This document shows positions 7,194-16,774 of a stretch of DNA of 33,950 nucleotides, one piece after another. The translations under genes were made by a program, and so were the position numbers. This stretch comes from Candidatus Acetothermia bacterium (lineage in GTDB: Bacteria; Bipolaricaulota; Bipolaricaulia; RBG-16-55-9; DRXL01), in assembly GCA_028275205.1 (NCBI GenBank), contig JAPWVB010000003.1:1-33950 (forward strand). The letters run 5' to 3'. Every line of letters starts with the position of its first letter. Positions within the stretch are counted from its first letter, which is position 1. The notes beneath the pieces were generated by a model. The model did not search any database, was not told where the DNA came from, and worked only from the letters and a program-made list of their open reading frames with translations.

Positions 7194-9311
7194 ATGAAGC
7201 GCGCTACGGCGCGCGTGCGATCCGTGTCGCTTTCCAGACTGCGCTTCTGGTTCTTAGTGACCATCGTCTTCGCCATCCCCATCGTGATCTATCTGCCCAA
7301 CACCGAGTACGGCTACACCAAGAGCACTCTCTTCTATCTTGGCGTCTCGCTCTTGCTCGCTCTCTGGGCGGTCGAGCTGTTCTTTCGTTCACAGATAGAG
7401 ATCAGCGTGACGCGGCTGGCGTGGCCGGCGCTGGGGGTGCTGGGCGCGGCCGCGCTCTCGCTCGTCAACGCCGAAAATCTCGCGCTCAGTCTGATAAGCT
7501 TCGTCGGGCTCATCTATTTTGGGCTGCTGGGCTTGCTCATCGTCAACACGATCGAGAGCGAGCGCGATATGAAGATTCTGCTGAGCGCGCTCTTGCTGTC
7601 AGCAAGCATCGCTTCAGTCTATGGGCTCTTGCAGTATTACGGGAAGGTGCCGGGGCCGCCAGGGTTTTTAGGAGGCAGCTTGGCGATGATCTCCACGTTT
7701 GGGAATCCCAATTATCTTGCGGGGTTTCTCGCGCATCTCCTTGTGCCGGGGATCGCCCTCTCGGTGATGATTGAGAATCGCTGGGCGCGCTTGGCGCTCT
7801 TAATAGTCTTAATCGCGATGACCGCGGCGCTCGTGGCGGCCAATTCTGTTGGGGCGTATCTTGCGGTGCTCTTTTCTGTGATCTTCTTCTTCGGTGGGAT
7901 GATGATCTTTCGGCTCAGATCGGCGATAGCGGGCCAGCGCCGCTGGGTCTTGGCTGTAGTGATTCTCTTGGCCATAACGGTGTGGCTGCAATCGCCCCCG
8001 GGGCCGCTCAACGCGCTCTTAGGCCGCGCCGCGACTCTTGAGCCGACGCCCATCGAGCGGGTCGTTCAGTTCTTCCAGCGCCTGTGGGAGGAGAACTCTG
8101 GGATTGCACGCAGCTGGAACTGGTGGATTGCCTACGAGATGCTCAAAGCGCACCCATTTGTCGGGGTGGGCCTGGGAGATTACAAAGTCGAGTTCTTAGA
8201 GTATAAAGCGCGCTTCAAAGAGACCCCGCTGGGGCAGCACTATAATTTCTATCTGCCCCGCGCAATCCAAGCGCATAACGACTACGTACAGCTCATTGCA
8301 GAGCTAGGGCTGATCGGGCTTTTAGCCATTGGGTTTTTTGCGGGGACGCTGATACGAAGCGCACATGCTTTTGTGCGTTCGTCGGCGAGTCCGCAGGCTC
8401 GCCTGTGGGTCGTAGCCCTCTCAGCGGGGATCGTCGCTTTTCTGATAGATGCTTCAGTGAGCTTTCCGTTGCACTTGCCAGCGTCGGAGCTCAACCTTGT
8501 GCTCTTTATCAGTTTGCTGTGCGCGCGCTCGCTGCTTGGCCCTGAGCCGACGGTGACGCTGCGATCGTCGGCCAAGATCACAGTTGGCGCGACAATGCTC
8601 GCTCTTGCGCTTGTCGTCTGCTTTTTTGCGTATCGCGACTGGCAGGCCGACATCGCCCTCGACGAGGGAGAGGCTGAGATGAATAGCTTTCGCTACGAGA
8701 CGGCGCGCATCGCTCTGGAGCGCAGCGTTGCTTTGGGGATCGCCCCAGGGAAGGCGTTTTACTATCTTGGGGTTGTCTACACTGAGCGCGGGGAGCTGCA
8801 GCGCGCCCGCGACTACTTTGAGCGATCTCTGAAGACTTACCCCACGGAGAACGCGTACATTCAGCTAGCTGATCTTTCTCTACGCTTGGGAGAACCTCAG
8901 CGCGCGCAAGAGCATCTCAAGACGCTCTTGCGGCTCGATCCGGAGCCCACTCTGCGCCTGGAAGCTGAGTTTATGCAGCGGGTGCTCGTGCCCCTCTCGC
9001 AAGGGGATCGCACTCTTGCGTGGGCGGAGCTAGCCAAATTCTTACAAGAGCATCCCGACTATCCCAGGGGATATCTGGCGCTTGGGATGCTGCATCTTGA
9101 GCGCGGCGAACGAGAGGCAGCCCGCGCGGAGTTCGAGCGCGGGCTCGCTGTCATCGCCCAGCTCAAGCAGAAGATTCTTCAGCGCTTGGATCAGATTCAG
9201 CGCAGTCGGCGGCTGGCTGACCCTGACGAGCTCACTCAGCTGCGAGCTCGCGCCGCGGCGCTCGCTCAGATGGAGGGCCAGCTCAAAGAGCTGATCGCGC
9301 AGCTGCGCTGA
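7194..9311 (+). CDS. O-antigen ligase (Wzy_C/WaaL)-family membrane protein with C-terminal TPR repeats; start uncertain (ORF track starts at 7077)
   Basis: Multiple TM helices; STFGNPNYLAG, HPFVGVGLG, AHNDYVQLIAELGLIG, SFPLH; TPR-like C-terminus. Confidence 0.88.
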   Translation: MKRATARVRSVSLSRLRFWFLVTIVFAIPIVIYLPNTEYGYTKSTLFYLGVSLLLALWAVELFFRSQIEISVTRLAWPALGVLGAAALSLVNAENLALSLISFVGLIYFGLLGLLIVNTIESERDMKILLSALLLSASIASVYGLLQYYGKVPGPPGFLGGSLAMISTFGNPNYLAGFLAHLLVPGIALSVMIENRWARLALLIVLIAMTAALVAANSVGAYLAVLFSVIFFFGGMMIFRLRSAIAGQRRWVLAVVILLAITVWLQSPPGPLNALLGRAATLEPTPIERVVQFFQRLWEENSGIARSWNWWIAYEMLKAHPFVGVGLGDYKVEFLEYKARFKETPLGQHYNFYLPRAIQAHNDYVQLIAELGLIGLLAIGFFAGTLIRSAHAFVRSSASPQARLWVVALSAGIVAFLIDASVSFPLHLPASELNLVLFISLLCARSLLGPEPTVTLRSSAKITVGATMLALALVVCFFAYRDWQADIALDEGEAEMNSFRYETARIALERSVALGIAPGKAFYYLGVVYTERGELQRARDYFERSLKTYPTENAYIQLADLSLRLGEPQRAQEHLKTLLRLDPEPTLRLEAEFMQRVLVPLSQGDRTLAWAELAKFLQEHPDYPRGYLALGMLHLERGEREAARAEFERGLAVIAQLKQKILQRLDQIQRSRRLADPDELTQLRARAAALAQMEGQLKELIAQLR

Positions 9312-9320
9312 GACACTTAT

Positions 9321-9357
9321 CCCTCCCCGCGTCGGGGAGGGGGCGGGGGGTTAGGTC
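9321..9357. repeat. REP-like hairpin (may also act as terminator)
   Basis: ccctccccg-cgt-cggggaggg followed by ggggggttaggtc. Confidence 0.7.
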
Positions 9358-9366
9358 CGAGAAAGC

Positions 9367-9395
9367 TTGCTCATGAGACTCATCTTGCTTAGAAT
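9367..9395 (+). promoter_or_regulatory. Putative sigma70 promoter for secA
   Basis: TTGCTC, 17 nt, TAGAAT. Confidence 0.6.
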
Positions 9396-9416
9396 AGAGT
9401 TCGGGGTGTTGCGAAG

Positions 9417-12008
9417 ATGGAATTTCTCAAGCGCGCCGTAGATTGGATCTTCGGAGAGACCAACGAACAGCAGCTTAGAAAGCTTCAGCCAATTGTGGAT
9501 GAGATCAATAGACTTGAGCCCGAAATCCAAAAGCTCTCCGACGATCAATTGCGAGCGAAGACCGATGAATTTAAAGACAGACTCGCCCACGGCGAGACGC
9601 TCGATAACATCTTGCCGGAGGCGTTCGCGGTGGTGCGCGAGACCGCGCGGCGCACCATCGGCCTGCGCCCCTTCGACGTCCAACTGATCGGCGGCATCGT
9701 CATCCACCAAGGCAAGATCGCTGAGATGAAGACCGGCGAGGGCAAGACCCTCGTCGCCACCATGCCCGCCTACCTCAATGCCCTCGTCGGAAAAGTCCAT
9801 ATCGTCACCGTCAATGATTACTTGGCCAAGCGCGACCGCGAATGGATGGGCCCGATCTACGAAGCGTTGGGGCTCAAAGTCGGGCTGCTGCAAGAGACCA
9901 GCACCCCCGAAGAGCGCAAGCACGCCTATCAGTGCGATATCATCTACGGGACGAACGCCCAGTTCGGCTTCGATTATCTTCGAGATAATCTCGTGATCTC
10001 CTGGGAGCAGCGGGTCCAGACGGGACTCGATTTTGCGATCGTTGATGAGATCGATAATATTTTGATTGACGAGGCGCGCACACCGTTGATTATCTCCGGC
10101 AGCACCTCGGAGACGATCAAGCTCTATAAGAAGTTTGCCGCGATCGCTCCGCGCTTCCAGAAGGGCGTCGACTTCGAGATCGACGAGAAGACCCGTCGCG
10201 TCCACCTCACCCCCGAAGCTGGGGTCAAAAAAGCCGAAGAGATCTTGAAGATCGACAATCTCTACGCCCCCGAACATGTCGACCTATTAAAACATTTGGA
10301 GACAGCCCTGCGCGCCTTGCATCTCTACAAGAGAGAGCGCGACTATATCGTCAAGGACGGGCGCGTCATCATTGTGGATGAATTCACCGGGCGGCTCATG
10401 CCCGACCGCCGCTGGAGCGATGGGCTTCACCAAGCGATCGAAGCCAAAGAAGGACTGGAGATCCGCAAAGAGCAGCAAACACTCGCTACTATCACCCTTC
10501 AGCACTACTTCAAACTGTATAAGAAATTGGCGGGCATGACCGGCACGGCCAAGACTGAAGAAGAAGAGTTTCAGCAGATCTATGGGCTGAGCGTCGTGGT
10601 CATCCCCACCCACAAGCCTATGATCCGCCAGGATCTCCCTGATAGACTCTTCACTACAGAGAAAGCCAAGTTCAATGCGATCGTCGAAGAGATCTCTCGA
10701 CTGCACGAGCTGGGCCGCCCGGTGCTCATCGGCACGACTTCGATTGAGAAATCTGAGTATCTGAGCACGCTGCTCAGCCGTCGCGGCCTGCCCCATAATG
10801 TGCTCAACGCCAAGTACCACGAGCGCGAAGCAGAGATCATCAAAGACGCGGGACAGAAGGGCGCGATTACGGTCGCCACGAACATGGCCGGGCGCGGCGT
10901 GGACATCAAGCTGGGTCCGGGAGTCGCTGAGCTGGGCGGGCTGCACATCATCGGAGCACAGCGCCACGAGAGCCGCCGCATTGACGATCAACTCCGCGGG
11001 CGCGCCGGCCGCCAAGGCGATCCCGGCAGCTCCCAATTCTACGTCTCCCTCGAAGATGATTTGATCAGACTCTTTGGTGACAGTAAGCTGCTCTCGTTCG
11101 TGAAGAAGGGCATGACCGAAGGCGAAGCCCTCGAACACCCCATGCTCACGAGAGCGATCCGCAACGCGCAAAAGCGCGTAGAAGTCTATTACTTCGGTAT
11201 CCGGAAGCGCTTGCTCGAGTATGATCTGGTCATGGCACGCCAACGCGAGGCAATATACAGCCTGCGGGAGAGGTTCTTGCTCGGCGGACAGCGCAGCCCC
11301 GAAGAGAGCGCTCAAGATTTAGATAATTATCTCACGGCCGTGCTCGAGGGATACACCGATACTCTGATAGCGCGCTATCTCTCCGGGACAGAGCGCGATG
11401 AAGAAGCGCTGCAGAAGGAGCTTTTGACCTTCCAGAACGCTCCGCTGGACTTCACGGTCGCGGGGCTCTCCCCCGACGTCGCGCGCACGAAAATCTTCGA
11501 TTTTCTGCTCAAGAACTATCACGCCCAGGCCGCGCGGCTTGGCGGAGCTTTTCCGCATCTGGCCCGCTATATGATCTTGAACCTCATTGATGAGAACTGG
11601 CGCCAGCACCTCTTCGCGCTCGACGAGCTCCAGGACGTGATCGGCTGGCGCGCCTATGCCGGCCGCGATCCATTAATAGAATTCAAGCGCGAATCTTTTG
11701 AGCTCTTCCAAGAGCTTCTCGGGCGCATCGAAGAGCAGATTATTAACTATCTGATTAAGCCCCAACTGAAGATCGTTGCGGCCCAGCCGGGACGGCCCGC
11801 CCATATCGAACGCGTCGAATCCCTACGCTATCGCCACGACGAGATCACAGCAACCGCGGGGAACTCCCCATCAGAGAAGCCCAAGGCCCAGCCGCGCCGT
11901 GCCTCCCAGAAGGTGGGGCGCAACGACCCCTGCCCCTGCGGCTCGGGCAAGAAATATAAACACTGCTGCATGAAGAAAGAGCCTACATCTGGATCCCAAA
12001 GCCCGTGA
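9417..12008 (+). CDS. secA: Preprotein translocase ATPase SecA
   Basis: MKTGEGKTL, VTVNDYLA, DEIDNILIDEARTPLIIS, ATNMAGRG.DI, QLRGRAGRQGDPG, SEC-C motif GRNDPCPCGSGKKYKHCC. Confidence 0.99.
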   Translation: MEFLKRAVDWIFGETNEQQLRKLQPIVDEINRLEPEIQKLSDDQLRAKTDEFKDRLAHGETLDNILPEAFAVVRETARRTIGLRPFDVQLIGGIVIHQGKIAEMKTGEGKTLVATMPAYLNALVGKVHIVTVNDYLAKRDREWMGPIYEALGLKVGLLQETSTPEERKHAYQCDIIYGTNAQFGFDYLRDNLVISWEQRVQTGLDFAIVDEIDNILIDEARTPLIISGSTSETIKLYKKFAAIAPRFQKGVDFEIDEKTRRVHLTPEAGVKKAEEILKIDNLYAPEHVDLLKHLETALRALHLYKRERDYIVKDGRVIIVDEFTGRLMPDRRWSDGLHQAIEAKEGLEIRKEQQTLATITLQHYFKLYKKLAGMTGTAKTEEEEFQQIYGLSVVVIPTHKPMIRQDLPDRLFTTEKAKFNAIVEEISRLHELGRPVLIGTTSIEKSEYLSTLLSRRGLPHNVLNAKYHEREAEIIKDAGQKGAITVATNMAGRGVDIKLGPGVAELGGLHIIGAQRHESRRIDDQLRGRAGRQGDPGSSQFYVSLEDDLIRLFGDSKLLSFVKKGMTEGEALEHPMLTRAIRNAQKRVEVYYFGIRKRLLEYDLVMARQREAIYSLRERFLLGGQRSPEESAQDLDNYLTAVLEGYTDTLIARYLSGTERDEEALQKELLTFQNAPLDFTVAGLSPDVARTKIFDFLLKNYHAQAARLGGAFPHLARYMILNLIDENWRQHLFALDELQDVIGWRAYAGRDPLIEFKRESFELFQELLGRIEEQIINYLIKPQLKIVAAQPGRPAHIERVESLRYRHDEITATAGNSPSEKPKAQPRRASQKVGRNDPCPCGSGKKYKHCCMKKEPTSGSQSP

Positions 12009-12258
12009 ACTCGTCGAGGTAGTCCGACCAGATCACTTCCATCTGCTCGATCTGCCCGGGGCCTTCCCTCTTGAGGATCTCTAAGAGCTTCTCGATCTGC
12101 TCGCGCTCGCCCTCGATCTCCGCGCGCACGCTGCCGTCCCGGAGATTCTGCACATATCCCGACAGCCCTAGCGGCCGCGCCTTGCGCACTGTAAAATTCC
12201 GAAACCCTACACCCTGCACTTCCCCCGTTATCCGCACGATCGCTCGCGCCTTGGCCAT
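11983..12258 (-). CDS. acyP: Acylphosphatase
   Basis: GEVQGVGFR, GYVQNLRDGSV. Confidence 0.95.
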   Translation of the reverse strand: MAKARAIVRITGEVQGVGFRNFTVRKARPLGLSGYVQNLRDGSVRAEIEGEREQIEKLLEILKREGPGQIEQMEVIWSDYLDEFTGFGIQM

Positions 12259-12261
12259 AGT

Positions 12262-13806
12262 CTACTTCGCAGTCTCTACGAACTTGGTCTCCCGAATCAC
12301 ATGGACCTTGATCTCCCCAGGGTACTGCATCTTCTCTTCGATGCACCGCGCAATATCGTAGGAGAGCTTCGCTGCCATGTCGTCGTCGACTTCGTCAGGC
12401 CGGACCATGACGCGTACCTCGCGGCCCGCCTGGATCGCATAAGCCTCCTCAACACCAGGGAAGCTGTGACAGATCTCCTCGAGCGCCTGAAGTCGCTGCA
12501 CATAGGCCTCGAAGGTCTCCTGACGTGCCCCAGGGCGCGCTGCCGAGAGGGCATCAGCCGTCTGGACGATCACTGCTAAGAGTGTACGCGCCTCGACGTC
12601 TTCATTATGGGCCGCGATCGCATGGACGACCTCTTCGGGCTCCCCGTAGCGCCGCGCCATCTCCGCGCTGATCAGCGCGTGCGAGCCTTCCACTTTGTGA
12701 TCGACGACCTTGCCAATATCGTGCAGCAGCCCGGCGCGCTTGGCCAGCTTCTGCATATTCGTATCTAATCCAAGCTCCGCGGCCAACGCCCCAGCTAGAT
12801 ACGCAACTTCTATGCCATGTCTCAACTGATTCTGCCCATAGCTTGTCCGGAAGCTCAACCGCCCCACAAGCTCTACCAAGGCCGGATGCATATTGTCGAG
12901 CCCCAGCTCAAAGAGAGCCTTCTGGCCCTCCTCTTTGATGCGCTGCGCAATGCGCTCTTTCGCTTTATCTACTTGCTTTTTGATTTGGGCCGGGTGAATG
13001 CGCCCATCTTCTAAGAGCTTCTCCATAGCCAGCCGCGCGATCTCCCGGCGCACCGGATGGAAACAACTGAGCGAGATCGCATCCGGGGTGTCGTCCACCA
13101 GGACCTCGACGCCGGTGAGGGCCTCAAACGCTCGAATATTGCGGCCCTCCTTGCCGATCACCCGCCCTTTGTACTCTTCGTTGGGCAGCGGCACATGGCT
13201 CATGGTGGACGATTCGACCTCCTCGGCGGCGTAGCGCTGGATGACAGTGGCGATGATCTTGCGCGCCTCACGCTCGGCTTCCGCTTCGGCACGCTCCTTG
13301 ATCTGTCGAATCTTCTTGGCGAAGAAGCGCTCGGCTTCTTCTTCGACTTGTTGGATGAGCAGCTCTTTCACTTGCTCCGCCGAAAGCCCGGAGAGCTCTT
13401 CTAAGCGCTTGCGCTCCCCGGCAAGGAGCGCTTCGCCCTGGGCGATGAGCTCGCTCAATCGTTGGAGATCATCCTTGAGCGACTTCTCCGCGCGCAGCAG
13501 CTCGACGCCCTTCTGCTCTAAACGCTCTTCTTTCTTGAGCAGGCGCGCTTCGAGTCGTTCGAACTTCTCTTCCTGGCGCTTGAGGCGCCGCTCCAGCTCC
13601 TCCTCACGGACCTTGAGGGCCTTCTCGACCTCGGCGAGCTTGGCCGCCTTGAGGGCTTCGGCCTCGTGGCGCGCCGCTTCTAGGATCTCTTCCGCACGCT
13701 GGTGGGTGCGCGTAAACTCCCGCCGCATCTGCCAGCGCCCCACCACCCATCCCAAAGCTACTGACAATATTGCTAATCCTAACGAAAGCGCAATAGCCAT
13801 CGTCAT
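12262..13806 (-). CDS. rny: Ribonuclease Y
   Basis: N-terminal TM helix, coiled coil, KH (KGRVIGKEGRNIR), HD (LLHDIGK), AIQAGREVRV. Confidence 0.98.
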   Translation of the reverse strand: MTMAIALSLGLAILSVALGWVVGRWQMRREFTRTHQRAEEILEAARHEAEALKAAKLAEVEKALKVREEELERRLKRQEEKFERLEARLLKKEERLEQKGVELLRAEKSLKDDLQRLSELIAQGEALLAGERKRLEELSGLSAEQVKELLIQQVEEEAERFFAKKIRQIKERAEAEAEREARKIIATVIQRYAAEEVESSTMSHVPLPNEEYKGRVIGKEGRNIRAFEALTGVEVLVDDTPDAISLSCFHPVRREIARLAMEKLLEDGRIHPAQIKKQVDKAKERIAQRIKEEGQKALFELGLDNMHPALVELVGRLSFRTSYGQNQLRHGIEVAYLAGALAAELGLDTNMQKLAKRAGLLHDIGKVVDHKVEGSHALISAEMARRYGEPEEVVHAIAAHNEDVEARTLLAVIVQTADALSAARPGARQETFEAYVQRLQALEEICHSFPGVEEAYAIQAGREVRVMVRPDEVDDDMAAKLSYDIARCIEEKMQYPGEIKVHVIRETKFVETAK

Positions 13807-13932
13807 ACGAACGCCACCTCTTCACTGCGGAGAAATAGAAGCACAGCGCAAGGAGCGCAGCAATCCCATACAGTCCTACCATACTCATTGGCCTCCTGTG
13901 CGCGTGGGGCATAGAGTGCCCACTTCGCTGCT

Positions 13933-13961
13933 ATTATAGCTGGGAAGGCGAGGAGAATCAA
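13933..13961 (-). promoter_or_regulatory. Putative sigma70 promoter for rny-acyP
   Basis: Minus strand TTGATT (13961-13956), 17 nt, TATAAT (13938-13933). Confidence 0.7.
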
Positions 13962-16771
13962 CAGCTGCGACGACGCAAAAAGGAGAGCAACGCCGGAAGA
14001 AAAGTCAGGGTAAAGAGCGTGGTAAACCCGACGCCGTAGAGCGCCGACTGCCCGAAGGCCCGCAGCCCTGGAGTAGCCGCAAAGAGCAAGCTCCCGAAAC
14101 TGACCATCGTCGTCAGGGCCGACCCCAGAATGGGCAGAGCGGTCTTGCGCCAGGCAAGCTCAACGTCGCGGTCCTCAAGAAAGCTGTGCAACAGATAGAC
14201 AGCATAGTCCACGCCATTGCCGATCAAAAGCGACGAGATGAGAATATTCGCGAAATTGAAGTTGAGCCCCGACAGCCGCATCGCTCCTAGCATCCACAAG
14301 AATCCCAACCCTACAGGAATAATCCCCACTGGCGCCCACCGCCATCCGAGCCCAATTCCCAAGATCGCTAAGATAATAAGAGTAGCGAACACGGTTGAGA
14401 TCTGAAAGTCTTTCTTCATCTTGCGCTCCAGATGATCTTGTATCATGCGATAACCAAGGAAATCGTGGCTGAATGACTCTACCGCTGCGATAAATTCCCG
14501 ATAGCGCCGCGGGTCGTTGAGGGTCTCGCGGTTGATGTGTGCATAGATGACGAACTCGCGCTCTTCGGTGACGAAGCGCTCTTGGAGATCTTTGGGGAGG
14601 GCCGCAAGCAGCCCTTGGACTTGCTGGAGCTCAGTGATCTTCTGGAGCAAGGCGCTGACGCGGCGGTTCAGTTCTGCAAGACGTTCGCGGAGCTCCCCCA
14701 GGCGCGCTTGCATCACTTCCAGGCTTTGGATGCTCGCTTCTATGCCCTCAAGCTGAAGGATCTGCTGCTGGATTTCGGGGGCGACGGTCTCGGTCCCAGC
14801 CCCGGTGAGGGCTATTTGGTCGAGAATGCGCGTCAAATTGCTCTTGAGCCGAGCCAGCTGGACAGCAAGATCTTGGAGTTGTTGGAGCTCCCTTTCGTAG
14901 CTCTCGATTTGGGATGAGGCGCGTGCAAGATCGCGCTCGAGATTGAGGGAAAATCTTTGCTGGCTCTCTGCCGATTCCGAGGGAAGGAAGAACATCAGCA
15001 GCGACCAGACGACGTTCACATGGCCTTGGGCGCGGAGCTCCTCCAGCCCAGCGTTGATCTGGCGCAGCTCGTCTAACGTTGGGGCGAAGAACAAGAAGTA
15101 CTCGGCCAAGCCCGAAGTCCCTACGTCGAAGTCTTGGCGCTCTATCTGTTGCATGAGCTTGGTAGGGAGGTCTTTGGGGGTCAGCTCTTCGTCGGCAAAG
15201 CGGAATTGTACGTGCGGGGCTTCATTCAACATCACGAGACTCCCCACGACCACAAGGAGCACGATAGGCCAGCGCGCCCAGCGCCAGAAAGTACTAGGCT
15301 GTGGGGCTTGAGGGGGAGAGGGCTGAGGGCGCGCGAGCCGCAAGCGCCGCCGCAACATAATATGCGAAACGATAATGAGCGCCGGAAGAATGAGCAGCGT
15401 TGCCATCAGTGCCACCAGCACCCCAACCCCAGCGATGATCCCCATCTCATAGAGTCCTGGGGAACTTGCGACCATCAAGCTAAAGAGCACTAATGCTGTC
15501 GCCAGCGATGCTGTGATCAGGGCGGAGCCCTTGGAGAGGATGGCGGACTTGAGGGCCACTTCCACGCGATGCCCAGCGCGGCGCTCCGCAAGGAAATGCG
15601 CGAGAAAGTTGATCCCATAATCGATCCCCAGCCCCAAGATCAGCGGGGGAAGGAACGACGTCACCAAGTTCAGCCCGTTGGTGGCAAACTTCGCCCACGC
15701 GAGGGTGATTATTAAAGCGAGAAAGAGCACAATAAGCGCCAAGATGGGGTAGAAGAACTGTCGGAGAATGAGAACGATCACGACGGTGACGCCGACAGCA
15801 GAGATGATCGTGGTATTGCGCATGTCGACGTTAAGCTGATAATTGATCTCCGCAGCGATGGCGTAGGGGCCTGTCAGACCCCATCTGATCCCTTGAGCTT
15901 CTAGGTGGAGCTCTTGAAGGTTCTTCTGGACAGTGCGAGTGACGGCGCGATTATACTCCAAGCCACGTTGGGAGCTATAGCGCGGGCGCACCCGCACCAG
16001 CAGCTTGGTACCGTCACGGGAGAGATAGAGCTCTTGGGGCCATGTCAGGAGCTTGTCAATCGTCTCGCTTATCTCGGTGATAGTTTGCAGAAGATCCGCG
16101 ACCAAGCGATCGGCATTCTGAATCAATCCTGGGGCGTGATCGAACTCGTCCTTGACGCGGGCGTTGAGAGCTTTCAGCTCATCAAAGCGCTTGAAGAGCT
16201 CCAGGGGATTGAGAGCTAATCTTCTCCAATCCAGCTCCCCAAGAAAGATGCGCTCAAGCTCTGTATTAATTTGGGCATAGATGGCGATGAGCTCGCGCAC
16301 CCCTGGCATGGGCGTCTGGGACTGCCCCACAGGGACGAGTCCGCGCAGGCGCTCTTGATACTCTCGGAGCTTCAGTAGGATCTCGTCGTACATGGAGAGC
16401 AATTCCGTGCTGCGGCGCGTCTGGATATCCTTGGTGAAGCTCACCGAGACGAACTCCGGGTCTTGGAGAAGACGCTCTTGGATCTGAATGGCTGCGGCTT
16501 GGAGGCGCTGGGCATCGCGCGGGGAGCCTTCGGGATCTTGCAACATTAAGATAATATCGAGGGCGTCGCTCTTGGTGATGATCTCCTCGCGCTCTTGGAA
16601 CTTGGTGAGCAGGGGGTCACCGGGGGGAAGGAGATCTAAGAACGAGCTGCGCATGGGGAGGGTGAGAATATAGCTGAGGGCGGCACCGCTTAAGAGAGCC
16701 GAGAGAAGCAGCACTACCCAGGCCCGAGCTCGTACAAGCCGATAGACCCCATGTAACAACGCAGCGCGCAT
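13958..16771 (-). CDS. MMPL/RND-family transporter with long helical extracytoplasmic insertions
   Basis: Two TM clusters with GLGIDYGI and GNGVDYAVY motifs; SALTTMVSFGSL; heptad-like L/Q/E-rich segments. Confidence 0.88.
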   Translation of the reverse strand: MRAALLHGVYRLVRARAWVVLLLSALLSGAALSYILTLPMRSSFLDLLPPGDPLLTKFQEREEIITKSDALDIILMLQDPEGSPRDAQRLQAAAIQIQERLLQDPEFVSVSFTKDIQTRRSTELLSMYDEILLKLREYQERLRGLVPVGQSQTPMPGVRELIAIYAQINTELERIFLGELDWRRLALNPLELFKRFDELKALNARVKDEFDHAPGLIQNADRLVADLLQTITEISETIDKLLTWPQELYLSRDGTKLLVRVRPRYSSQRGLEYNRAVTRTVQKNLQELHLEAQGIRWGLTGPYAIAAEINYQLNVDMRNTTIISAVGVTVVIVLILRQFFYPILALIVLFLALIITLAWAKFATNGLNLVTSFLPPLILGLGIDYGINFLAHFLAERRAGHRVEVALKSAILSKGSALITASLATALVLFSLMVASSPGLYEMGIIAGVGVLVALMATLLILPALIIVSHIMLRRRLRLARPQPSPPQAPQPSTFWRWARWPIVLLVVVGSLVMLNEAPHVQFRFADEELTPKDLPTKLMQQIERQDFDVGTSGLAEYFLFFAPTLDELRQINAGLEELRAQGHVNVVWSLLMFFLPSESAESQQRFSLNLERDLARASSQIESYERELQQLQDLAVQLARLKSNLTRILDQIALTGAGTETVAPEIQQQILQLEGIEASIQSLEVMQARLGELRERLAELNRRVSALLQKITELQQVQGLLAALPKDLQERFVTEEREFVIYAHINRETLNDPRRYREFIAAVESFSHDFLGYRMIQDHLERKMKKDFQISTVFATLIILAILGIGLGWRWAPVGIIPVGLGFLWMLGAMRLSGLNFNFANILISSLLIGNGVDYAVYLLHSFLEDRDVELAWRKTALPILGSALTTMVSFGSLLFAATPGLRAFGQSALYGVGFTTLFTLTFLPALLSFLRRRSC

Positions 16772-16774
16772 AGA

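Noticed and set aside
9351-11315. Long antisense ORFs (308 and 342 aa) opposite secA
   Set aside because: Shadow frames of a conserved GC-rich gene, with no recognisable motifs
13241-13939. 232-aa Ser/Arg-rich + strand ORF
   Set aside because: Antisense mirror of the rny coiled-coil codons
13807-13957. 6S RNA or riboswitch upstream of rny
   Set aside because: Only ~120 nt lie between promoter and start, with no long irregular rod or recognisable motif; an Infernal/Rfam search would be decisive
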